Below, one piece after another: positions 17,680-25,959 of a DNA stretch of 52,751 bases. Every line of letters starts with the position of its first letter. The stretch's first letter is position 1. Source of the DNA: a virus (taxonomy: Duplodnaviria; Caudoviricetes). The stretch is from the IMG/VR virus record IMGVR_UViG_3300036826_000291, positions 1-52,751 of that record; one strand, written 5' to 3'. The notes beneath the pieces are model-generated. The model did not search any database, had not been told where the DNA came from, and worked only from the letters and a program-made list of their open reading frames with translations. The translations under genes and the position numbers were made by a program.

Positions 17680-18459
17680 CTACTCCGCAGCCTGTTGCAA
17701 TTGCTCGGCAACCGGCATCGGTCCCTTGCCCTCGGCAAAGGCGTCCCACGCTGCTTCTTCCTCCAGCGACGCAAGATGGTACGACCCCGCCCATCCCTCT
17801 TTTTCGTTGCGCCAGTCGCCGACGCCGACGTCGTTGCCGCTGGCATTGATCAGATAGGCGAGCGCGTGCAGAGGACAGCGCGCGACGTTGAGCGTGCCGG
17901 TGATGCGCAGCGCCCACACCAGGAACTCGGCGCGATAGGCAAGGTTGGCGGTTTTACTGATCGTTCCGATTCGGACCATGTCCTCGCGCATGCGCGGCGC
18001 GGAACCGAAAATGCGCACCAGCGGCAGATTGCAGCTTGCCCCGGCCAGCGCCGGCCGCACGCTGACCAGCGTCGCATCGAGATGCAGCGCCGCCAGCACG
18101 TCGGTCTTGGCAATGCCGCGGTCGGTATGCGCCGCCGACTTGATCGCTTTCTTGATCGCGGTCACCGGAAAGCCATAGGTGCCGTCGCCCATGGCATAGA
18201 GCGAATTGACAAAATCTTCCTGCGGGTCGCGCGGCTTCTGTTCGACGATCGCGCCGGTTTGCTGCTGCAGCATCGCCAGCCGCGCCTTTTCCGACCACGC
18301 ATGGCAAATGAGCGGCGTGTCGCCGACAATCCAGAACTTGAATCGCTGGCGCATCGGCTCGTGCGACAGCATCGCGCCAAGCTGGATTTGCTCGGCGCTG
18401 ATCTTCGGCGGCGCGTCCTTGCGCTTGCTCGCCGCGCGCTTGGGTGACTTGGTGACCAT
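17680..18459 (-). CDS. RAMP/Cas7-like protein (putative RNA-guided effector subunit)
   Basis: N-terminal strand FWIVGDTPLICH, then YGFPVTAIKKAI (cf. RAMP iPgssiKGal), and a C-terminal Gly-rich loop GVGDWRNEKEGWAGSY; GGAGG RBS. Confidence 0.72.
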   Translation of the reverse strand: MVTKSPKRAASKRKDAPPKISAEQIQLGAMLSHEPMRQRFKFWIVGDTPLICHAWSEKARLAMLQQQTGAIVEQKPRDPQEDFVNSLYAMGDGTYGFPVTAIKKAIKSAAHTDRGIAKTDVLAALHLDATLVSVRPALAGASCNLPLVRIFGSAPRMREDMVRIGTISKTANLAYRAEFLVWALRITGTLNVARCPLHALAYLINASGNDVGVGDWRNEKEGWAGSYHLASLEEEAAWDAFAEGKGPMPVAEQLQQAAE

Positions 18460-18474
18460 TTGCCTTCCTCCCTG

Positions 18475-19398
18475 TTAAGCCGCTTCCTCGTCGCGGCGCT
18501 TGTCGATGATGCGCAATATGCGCAAATTTTTTTCCGGCACGGTGTATTGCGGGCGATGCTGCGTTTTCCATGTGATTGAAAAATCCGGCACCAGCGCGCG
18601 CTCGGCCTCGCCCATGCGCGCCATCAGCAGCGTTTCGATCTGCTTGCAGCGCGCTTCGGCTTTGCTGATCTGCTCCTTGAGGTCGGCGCGCTCAATCAGC
18701 CCGGAGACAATCGCGTTATCAAAGCGCAAGTCGGCCACCTGCTCGGCCGTTTCCTTCGGCCACAAGAGCGGCAGCAGCTCGCGATCGAGCCCGTAATCGG
18801 CATCGGGCTCGCGCCCGGCGGCGAGGTCTTGCCAGAACCGCGCGACCGCATCGCGGATGCGCTGCTCCGCACCGGCATGGCGCGCCACCTCGTACAGCGG
18901 ACATTCGAGATTGAATGGGTCAACGACAAGGGCGGCGACCACGCCGAACGCGGCATCGGTCAGCAGCAGCTCGGTGAGGTTCTGCAGCACGATCCAGAAC
19001 GGCGGATTGTCCGCGGTCCATTCGCGCTTGAAGACCGACGGCGCGACGGTCTTGCATTGCAGGACGCCGAGGCCGCGCGCGTCGCCATGCACGAAATAGT
19101 CGGGCGTCGCGCCGAGCCGCAAATCCGGGTCATAGAAATACTCGCTGCATTTTTCGAGCCGCCAATCCGGCCGCTGCTCCGCAACGGCAGCTGCTACGCT
19201 CGACTCCAAGAGCTTGCCGCGCCGCAGCACCGCGCTTGCCGGTGCCGGCAGTTCGATGCCGCGCTTCTCCATGTAGAGCCGCAGCGCCGAGCAATAGGGA
19301 TGAACACCAACCGTCGCCGCGACATTCGATGCCGTCACATGCTCGGGCCGCTTGGGATGCAGTTTGCCGTCCTCGACCGGCTCGCGGATCACTGGCAT
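18475..19398 (-). CDS. YqaJ-like viral recombinase/exonuclease
   Basis: VTASNVAA, RGKLLE, LGATPDY and LQCKT (PD-(D/E)xK-like) motifs. Confidence 0.88.
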   Translation of the reverse strand: MPVIREPVEDGKLHPKRPEHVTASNVAATVGVHPYCSALRLYMEKRGIELPAPASAVLRRGKLLESSVAAAVAEQRPDWRLEKCSEYFYDPDLRLGATPDYFVHGDARGLGVLQCKTVAPSVFKREWTADNPPFWIVLQNLTELLLTDAAFGVVAALVVDPFNLECPLYEVARHAGAEQRIRDAVARFWQDLAAGREPDADYGLDRELLPLLWPKETAEQVADLRFDNAIVSGLIERADLKEQISKAEARCKQIETLLMARMGEAERALVPDFSITWKTQHRPQYTVPEKNLRILRIIDKRRDEEAA

Positions 19399-20246
19399 GG
19401 CGCTCGCTCCCGCTCCGGCGGAACGACAACATAGCGGCTCCGCTTGATGCCAAGCGAACCGTCGCCGGCCCAATAGTCAGCGATCAGCGTCCAGATGCCG
19501 TGAATGCGGCGCTTGTGCGCGCGCGTCCAATGCAGCGCCTTGGTGCCGGTGGTTCCGATTCTTTCGCTGTCGCCGTCTACGATCACCGTCTCGGTCGACA
19601 GCAAAATTTCGGTCCAGGCTTGCAACGGAAAAATGCCGAGTATCTTGCGGCGCGCAAGGACTTCGCGGGCAAGGCCACGATGCGGATCGTGGACTTTGCG
19701 GCCGATAACTTTGGGCGTGTTGATCAGCAGCAGGAAGGCGTAGAGCCGCCACAGCATCGCTGGCACTTCATAGGGCTCGACATGCGAACCGTCAGTATTC
19801 TGGAGCCGGTAGTTTAGAGTTTCTCGAAATATTGCGTGCTCTATCGTGTTCCAGGTCAACGGGCCGGTCTTCGCGAGCGAATTGCTCAGCGCCATAACGC
19901 CGATGCGCCCGCCGAGAAAATTCGGGCCTGTCCGCGCAGCACAATAGACGGTAGCCCATTCTTGGCCTCCACCTTGGCGGACAAGCATGAACCCGATGCG
20001 CTCGCCGTTCTTGTCGTCGAATTCAATCCACGTCCTTGCAGCAGGAAGGAACGACCACTCGACCGAAGGGAAGGCAGCGACAAGCATCTGGTCAAGAATC
20101 GCGCCGGCGGCGTCATAGATTTGCGTGACCTCGAAGCAATGGAATTCTTCGCGAAACTGCGGCAGCAATCCGCCGCGATCTTGGAACGTCCGCCGTTTCA
20201 CCGGCAGCGTCATGTCCTTGACGATGCGATAGGCGAGCGGTGTCAT
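19389..20246 (-). CDS. Hypothetical protein
   Basis: 285 aa; C-terminal HWTRAHKR...YWAGDGSLG motif; coupled on both sides. Confidence 0.7.
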   Translation of the reverse strand: MTPLAYRIVKDMTLPVKRRTFQDRGGLLPQFREEFHCFEVTQIYDAAGAILDQMLVAAFPSVEWSFLPAARTWIEFDDKNGERIGFMLVRQGGGQEWATVYCAARTGPNFLGGRIGVMALSNSLAKTGPLTWNTIEHAIFRETLNYRLQNTDGSHVEPYEVPAMLWRLYAFLLLINTPKVIGRKVHDPHRGLAREVLARRKILGIFPLQAWTEILLSTETVIVDGDSERIGTTGTKALHWTRAHKRRIHGIWTLIADYWAGDGSLGIKRSRYVVVPPERERAPCQ

Positions 20247-20398
20247 GGCTGCCGCCTCCGCTCATGCCACCGCCGCGCATAATCGTGCGCGTCACGCCAT
20301 GCCTTGCGCCTGTGCCAGTCGTCGAGTGCCTTGAAGCCGACCAGCGCGGCCAGCAGCACCACAATGAAGACGGCGACCTCGACCATGCGATACCTCAT
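20243..20398 (-). CDS. Small membrane protein
   Basis: One TM helix followed by a basic tail. Confidence 0.45.
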   Translation of the reverse strand: MRYRMVEVAVFIVVLLAALVGFKALDDWHRRKAWRDAHDYARRWHERRRQP

Positions 20399-20822
20399 CG
20401 GCTGACGCGAGCGCGTCGCCGCTCTTGTTCCGGCGGGGAGGTTTTCCCCGCCGGCGTTGAGGATTTTGCAATGACGGGAACGGCTAGCGCCTGACCGGGC
20501 ACGAGGTGGTCCCGGACGCAAAGCTAATTGCAAGTAGCCGCCGCCTGTCAATCATAACTGACGGTAGTGTCGCGTCTTAAACTCTAGCGCGCAAAAAAAG
20601 GCACCAAACAAATCCGGTAGTTAGATCGTTCAACAAACTAACGGTTTGCCGGCGAGGGCGAAAAAAAAATTTGTGCGCTCCGTTGCGGCGTGGTCGGCGA
20701 AATATTCTTTGTCGACGTCGCAAGGTCTTAGCCGGCGAAAACAAACTTCACGAACCGCTGGCCTTGCAACGGCTTCGCGTGAAGCGATGCTTTCCGTGAG
20801 GGAAAATCAGGAAGCCAAAGCA

Positions 20823-21113
20823 ATGCCGGAACGCCGCAACCGCAACCGCGCCTGCCGGCCGCGGCTGGCGCCGCAACGCAAGTGCCCGGTGCTCGCCCGC
20901 ATTCGCCGCGAGAAGGGCCTGGCGCCGCTGATTGCCGCGGCGCTCGGCATTTCGCGCGAGGCGGTGTGGAACTGGAAACGAGTGCCGGCCGAGCGCGTGC
21001 GCACCGTCGCAAAGCTGCTCGGCATCGCCGAGCACCGCATTCGCCCCGACCTCTATTCACCGCCAGCAGGAGCAAGCCATGGCCAAGCCAGCGAGCAGCA
21101 AGAACACGTTTGA
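20823..21113 (+). CDS. Cro/YdaS-like HTH
   Basis: IAAALGISREAVWNWKRVPAERV...IRPDLY. Confidence 0.85.
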   Translation: MPERRNRNRACRPRLAPQRKCPVLARIRREKGLAPLIAAALGISREAVWNWKRVPAERVRTVAKLLGIAEHRIRPDLYSPPAGASHGQASEQQEHV

Positions 21114-21462
21114 TTCCGCGATCGTCAGAAGCCTTGTCGGCAAGATCGACGGCTACCTCGACGACCTTGCAAGCGAGCACGGCAGCTACATGCAAGCCTG
21201 CCGCGGCATTCGCGAGTCGATCGCCGGCGTCTATGACGAAGCCAAGGCGCGCGGCGTTCCGAAGAAGGAACTGCGCGCGTTTGTCTCCGCGCGCATCAAG
21301 CTCAGGAAGGCGCGCGCGGTGCTCGACAATCTCGAAGCGGATCAGCGCGAGACGGTCGAAATGCTGGCCGAGGCGTTCGGCGACGCCGCCGACCTGCCGC
21401 TCTTCGAGTCCCGCATCAAGCGCGCGCGACCGGCGACCGCCGACGTGGTGCCGCTGCAGTAA
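21079..21462 (+). CDS. GapR/DUF2312-like DNA-binding protein
   Basis: IRESIAGVYDEAKARGVPKKELR motif; AGGAG RBS. Confidence 0.65.
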   Translation: MAKPASSKNTFDSAIVRSLVGKIDGYLDDLASEHGSYMQACRGIRESIAGVYDEAKARGVPKKELRAFVSARIKLRKARAVLDNLEADQRETVEMLAEAFGDAADLPLFESRIKRARPATADVVPLQ

Positions 21463-21471
21463 GGCGGGGCG

Positions 21472-22695
21472 GTGTCGGCCGCCGGCGGCATCGAGTGCCA
21501 CCACGGCGATTGCCTCGCCGTGCTGCCGACGCTCGCCGCCGACAGCATTGATGCCTGCATCACCGACCCGCCCTATCACCTGCAGTCCATCGTCAAACGC
21601 TTCGCCAAGACCGGGCGCACCGACAAGACACGCTCGCGCTCCGGGCCGCACCAGCGCACCGCCAACGGCTTCATGAACAAGCAATGGGACGGTGGCGCCA
21701 TCGCGTTCGATGCGGCCACATGGGCGGCGGTGCTGCGCGTGTTGAAGCCCGGCGCCTACATCGCCGCGTTTTCCTCGACCCGCACATTCGCGCGCATGGC
21801 GGTCGCGATCGAGGATGCCGGCTTCATCACGCATCCGTTCATCGCCTGGATTTTCGGGCAGGGATTCCCCAAGGCGCATCGCGTGCATGACGACGCATGG
21901 GAAGGCTGGCGCTACGGCACGCAATCGTTAAAGCCGGCGATCGAGCCCATCTACATCGGGCAGAAGCCATTCGAGCCGGGGCTGACCGGCACCGAGAACG
22001 TGCGCAAGTGGGGCACCGGCGCAATCAACATCGACGGCTGCCGGGTGCCGAGCGCGGACGCGGCCGTGCCGCGCGGCGGCGAGGCAACGGCCGGCAAAGC
22101 CTATGCGGCCAGCGGCGCGACCAACTTTGCAGCGAAGCCCGGCATGCGTCGCGGTGTCAGCAATGGCGGCGATGCGCTCGGCCGCTGGCCGGCGAACGTC
22201 ATCCTTGACGGCAGCGCCGAGGTGCTCGCGGCGTTTCCCGAGGCGCCAGGGCAGCAGCGCCGCGTCGGCCCGGATCACGGCGACAAGACCTCGCACGGAA
22301 TCTACGGCGACTATGGACCGCGCAACGAACACGCGCCGCGCGCGGATCACGGCTCGGCCGCGCGGTTCTTCTACACCGCCAAGGCGGATCGCCACGAGCG
22401 GCTCGGCTCAAAGCATCCGACCGTCAAGCCGCTCGACCTGATTGCCTACCTCATTCGCCTGCTGACCCCGCCGGGCGGCATCGTGCTGGACCCGTTTGCC
22501 GGCACCGGCACCACCGCCGAGGCGGCGTTCAACGAGCATATGCGCGCGGTGCTGATCGAGCGCGAGGCCGAATACGTGGCCGACATTCATCGTCGCATCG
22601 CGCTCATGCGCGCCGGTCGCGACGAACGCATCCGCCAAGTCGCCAAGGCAAAGGCGGCCGACCGGCCGCCTGATCATGGACCTTTGTTCGCGTGA
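21472..22695 (+). CDS. DNA N6A/N4C methyltransferase (beta class)
   Basis: TDPPY...HPTVKP...VLDPFAGTGTT. Confidence 0.93.
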   Translation: MSAAGGIECHHGDCLAVLPTLAADSIDACITDPPYHLQSIVKRFAKTGRTDKTRSRSGPHQRTANGFMNKQWDGGAIAFDAATWAAVLRVLKPGAYIAAFSSTRTFARMAVAIEDAGFITHPFIAWIFGQGFPKAHRVHDDAWEGWRYGTQSLKPAIEPIYIGQKPFEPGLTGTENVRKWGTGAINIDGCRVPSADAAVPRGGEATAGKAYAASGATNFAAKPGMRRGVSNGGDALGRWPANVILDGSAEVLAAFPEAPGQQRRVGPDHGDKTSHGIYGDYGPRNEHAPRADHGSAARFFYTAKADRHERLGSKHPTVKPLDLIAYLIRLLTPPGGIVLDPFAGTGTTAEAAFNEHMRAVLIEREAEYVADIHRRIALMRAGRDERIRQVAKAKAADRPPDHGPLFA

Positions 22696-22707
22696 GGGAG
22701 GTGCGTC

Positions 22708-23145
22708 ATGAAGTGGAAAGGAGAAACTACCGAACAATTATGCGGCTATCTGGCGCGCGGCCTGAGCCTCGCGCAGATCGCCGCGGCGTTCTCGATAAGC
22801 CGCAGCGCGGTTGCCGGCGCGGTGTTCCGGCTGGACAAGCAGCCGCCGCGACCGCGGCAACCGCCGCGCCCGCGCGCCGAGCCATTACGCCGGCGGCCAC
22901 GGCCGCGGGTGCTGCCCGACCGCCTGTCATTCCGTTCGGCGCCGGCCATGCGGGCGCAGCCGGCGCCGCCGCCGCCGCCGGCGGCAGCGCCGCGCATGAT
23001 CGAGCTGGTGGAGCTGACCGCGGACACCTGCCATTGGCCCTACGGCGACAATGCGCCGTTCCGCTTTTGCGGCGCTGCGACCGACGACGGGCGGCCGTAT
23101 TGCGCGGCGCACGCGCAGGAAAGCGTGCGGTGCGGTCATGCGTGA
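22708..23145 (+). CDS. gcrA: GcrA-like cell-cycle regulator
   Basis: N-terminal W...GLSLAQIAAAFSISRSAVAGAVFRL; C-terminal CHWPYGD..FRFCG...PYCAAH. Confidence 0.85.
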   Translation: MKWKGETTEQLCGYLARGLSLAQIAAAFSISRSAVAGAVFRLDKQPPRPRQPPRPRAEPLRRRPRPRVLPDRLSFRSAPAMRAQPAPPPPPAAAPRMIELVELTADTCHWPYGDNAPFRFCGAATDDGRPYCAAHAQESVRCGHA

Positions 23146-23605
23146 GGTTCTGCCGCAGCGGCGCGCCAACGAGACGTTCGGGCTGCGCTTCTGGAATCAG
23201 GATTGGCTGGTCACGGTCGGCTTCTATGCCGACGCAAGGCCGGGCGAGGTGTTCATCGCCGGCCGCAAGGCATCGAGCGATCTCGAATGGACTGCGCGCG
23301 ACGGCGCGATCCTTTTGAGCCTCGCGATTCAGCACGGCGTGCCGCTCGACACCATCAAGGCGGCGCTGACCCGCAACCCGGACGGCTCGCCGTCGACGCT
23401 GATCGGCGCGGTCGCCGACCGGCTTTCGGGAACTCATCAGGATTCCTTAGTCAAGGTTGTCGAAACCTCCAAGTGTCGCGCCAAGGGCGGCCACGCGCGC
23501 GCCGCCAAGCTCACCGCAGAGCAGCGCGCCGAGATCGCCAGCCGCGCCGGCGCCGCACGATGGGCAAGGCACCGCAAGCCGGACGGCAATGGAGCGCAGC
23601 CATGA
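23138..23605 (+). CDS. Stand-alone TSCPD (NrdJ C-terminal-like) domain with a basic C-terminal extension
   Basis: LPQRR, PGEVFI and AILLSLAIQHGVPL motifs; tail GGHARAAKLTAEQRAEIASRAGAARW. Confidence 0.7.
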   Translation: MREVLPQRRANETFGLRFWNQDWLVTVGFYADARPGEVFIAGRKASSDLEWTARDGAILLSLAIQHGVPLDTIKAALTRNPDGSPSTLIGAVADRLSGTHQDSLVKVVETSKCRAKGGHARAAKLTAEQRAEIASRAGAARWARHRKPDGNGAQP

Positions 23606-23762
23606 GAGACCTTTCCGACGTGCCGCAGGCCGACAGTTGCGAGAATCCGCGGTGCCAGCGCCCGCATGTGCTGTTGCTGGACGCGCATGGCGAGCCGTTC
23701 GCGCAATTGCCGGCAAAGCTATGCGCCGCGCCGCCGCACGTCAACATGAGGTTACGGTCAGC

Positions 23763-24086
23763 CTATTTTCGCCGGCTGGCGCGCGCCAGCACCTCGCCCA
23801 TGCGGGTTTGCCAGCCGGGGCCGCCGGCGCGGAAATGCGCGATCACCTCGCGCGGCAGCCGCAGGGTGATGCTTTGCCGGCGCTCGCTTGCCGGCATTGC
23901 CGGCCGGCCGACGCCGCGCGCCTGCGCCATCAGCGTGAAATCGCGCTCGCTCAGCGGCGGATTATCGGGATCGGCTTTCGCCGCCGCGGTGATGTCCGCG
24001 TCGGTCATGGCATCCAGCCGGCGCTTCTGCGCCCGCGTGAGCCGCGCCTTGCGCGCCTGCTCAGCACTCATTCGCACCGTCGTCAT
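23763..24086 (-). CDS. brnA: BrnA-family antitoxin
   Basis: DPDNPPL...GRP...ITLRLPREVIAHFRAGGPGWQTRM. Confidence 0.88.
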   Translation of the reverse strand: MTTVRMSAEQARKARLTRAQKRRLDAMTDADITAAAKADPDNPPLSERDFTLMAQARGVGRPAMPASERRQSITLRLPREVIAHFRAGGPGWQTRMGEVLARASRRK

Positions 24087-24339
24087 AACGCCTTTCCTCG
24101 GCACGGTTGGCGCGGCGCGCCGAAATGATCCGGCAATTTGCGCCGCGCATGGTGAACACGACAACGTAGAGCTTGCCGGCGATGCGGCCGACGCACTTGC
24201 GCCGCGCCTCGCCGTCGCGGGTACGCGAGACGTCGAATTCGACCCGCGCCGGATCGTCAAACACGCGCACCGCGAATTCGAACGGCACGCCATGGTCGGC
24301 AAGATTGGCTGCGGCCTTGGCGGCGTCCCATTCGAACAT
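24061..24339 (-). CDS. brnT: BrnT-family toxin
   Basis: FEWDAAKAAANLADHGVPF...RIISARRANRAEERRY. Confidence 0.92.
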   Translation of the reverse strand: MFEWDAAKAAANLADHGVPFEFAVRVFDDPARVEFDVSRTRDGEARRKCVGRIAGKLYVVVFTMRGANCRIISARRANRAEERRYDDGANEC

Positions 24340-24344
24340 GGCAA

Positions 24345-24376
24345 TTTATGTAAATACACAAATAGGCAAGGTCAAG
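24345..24376 (-). promoter_or_regulatory. brnTA promoter/operator
   Basis: TTGACC-N17-TACATA with an overlapping TGTA-NN-TACA palindrome just upstream of the toxin ATG. Confidence 0.5.
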
Positions 24377-24380
24377 CGCC

Positions 24381-24914
24381 ATGCCGATGATCCTGGCGCT
24401 CGACCTTGCCAGCAGGAGCGGATGGGCGCTCGGCGCGGCCGGCGAGACGCCGCGGTCCGGCTCGGTCAGCTTCGCGCGGGCAGAGCACAGCATGGCGGCG
24501 CACTTCGTCGGCTGTCGGCAATGGCTGACCGATTTCGTCGCGGTCAACAATCCGCGCATCGTCGTCTTCGAGGCGCCGCTTGCGCCGTCATACGTCGCCG
24601 GCCGCACCAACACCGACACCGTGCGCAAGTTGATGGGGCTGACGGCAATCGTCGAGGAAGCACTTTACGGCAAGGGTTTTGACGTGCGCGAGGCGCCCGT
24701 TTCAAAGGTGCGCGAATTCTTTCTCGGCACCGCGCACTTGAAGCGTCGCGAGGCCAAGCAGGCGACCAAGCATCGGTGCGTCGAGCTTGGCTGGCGGCCG
24801 TGCGACGACAACGCCGCCGATGCGCTCGCGCTGTGGGCCTACATGGTCGGCATCGTCGCGCCGGCGCACGGATTGAAGCTCCTGCCGCTGTTCGGACGCG
24901 AGGTGCGCGCATGA
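24381..24914 (+). CDS. RuvC-like Holliday junction resolvase
   Basis: ILALDLA..SGWA, VVFEAP and DDNAADALALW motifs. Confidence 0.8.
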   Translation: MPMILALDLASRSGWALGAAGETPRSGSVSFARAEHSMAAHFVGCRQWLTDFVAVNNPRIVVFEAPLAPSYVAGRTNTDTVRKLMGLTAIVEEALYGKGFDVREAPVSKVREFFLGTAHLKRREAKQATKHRCVELGWRPCDDNAADALALWAYMVGIVAPAHGLKLLPLFGREVRA

Positions 24915-25660
24915 TGTTCTTTGTCGGCCTGCACTTCCCGCATCACGCCAAGCATTTCGCGCGCGCCTGCATCTCGATCAAGCAGCTGCGCCGCCGGCAG
25001 AAGCCGTTGGGCGCGACCGAGATCATCATCGACAGCGGCGCATTCAGCGAGATTTCCCTGCACGGCGAATTCAAGACGCCGGTTGAGCAATATGCCAGCG
25101 AGCTTGCGCGGCTTGCCGGCATCGCCAACATCGCGATCGCGGTCGCGCAGGATTTCATGTGCGAGCCGCCGATGCTTTTACGCACGGGTTTGAGCATTGC
25201 CGAGCACCAGCGCAGAACCATCGAACGCTACGACGCGCTTCTCGCGCACTCGCCGGTTCGGATCATGCCGGTGCTGCAAGGATGGTCGCCGGACGACTAC
25301 CGCCGCCATCTTGCCGGCTACGGCGACCGGCTAACCTTCGGACAGTGGGTCGGCGTCGGCACCTTGTGCAAGCGCAACGGCGCGCCGGAGCGCATCGTCG
25401 ACATTCTTTGTGCCATCCGCCGCGAGCGCCCGGACCTGCGGCTGCACGGCTTCGGCATCAAGGCGACGGCGCTGCGCCATCCGGCCGTGCGCGAGCTGCT
25501 CTATTCCGCCGATTCGATGGCCTGGTCATTCGCGGCGCGCAAGCAAGGCCGCGACAGCAACGACTGGCGCGAGGCGCACGCGTTCGCCGAGCGCGTCCAG
25601 CAGATTGCCGCATTGCCGATGACAGCATGGCAGATTCCGTTGCCGTTGGAGCGCGCATGA
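24911..25660 (+). CDS. DpdA-like (TGT-fold) base-exchange transglycosylase
   Basis: DSGAF, QDFMCEP, PVLQG, LHGFG and DSMAWS motifs. Confidence 0.75.
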   Translation: MMFFVGLHFPHHAKHFARACISIKQLRRRQKPLGATEIIIDSGAFSEISLHGEFKTPVEQYASELARLAGIANIAIAVAQDFMCEPPMLLRTGLSIAEHQRRTIERYDALLAHSPVRIMPVLQGWSPDDYRRHLAGYGDRLTFGQWVGVGTLCKRNGAPERIVDILCAIRRERPDLRLHGFGIKATALRHPAVRELLYSADSMAWSFAARKQGRDSNDWREAHAFAERVQQIAALPMTAWQIPLPLERA

Positions 25661-25959
25661 CCGCGGCGGTCGACATCTTCCGCGCCCGCGCCGAGGCCCG
25701 CGCCATGCTGGTCGCGGCCGGCGAAATGGGCATGCAGGACGCCGTCGACGGCTTGCAACAGGCGGCCGATGCTTATGGCCTCATTGGCGAGATCGGCGCC
25801 GATGGAGTCCAGGCGCTTGTCGCCGAGGCATTCGCCGCGGTGCCGCGCCGTTGGGTTTTGCTCAATCGCATTCTCGCCGGCACCGTCACCCTGCTGACCG
25901 GCGATGGCGGTGTCGGCAAGACGCTGCTGGCGAAGTTCGCGGAGAAGCGCGAGCCATGA
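25657..25959 (+). pseudogene. Small protein ending in a truncated AAA/RepA-helicase Walker A segment
   Basis: ...VTLLTGDGGVGKTLLA, followed by a stop 8 residues later. Confidence 0.55.

Noticed and set aside
24328-24358. dif-like site (ATTTATGTAAA)
   Set aside because: Only one arm resembles dif; the sequence is better explained as the brnTA promoter/operator.
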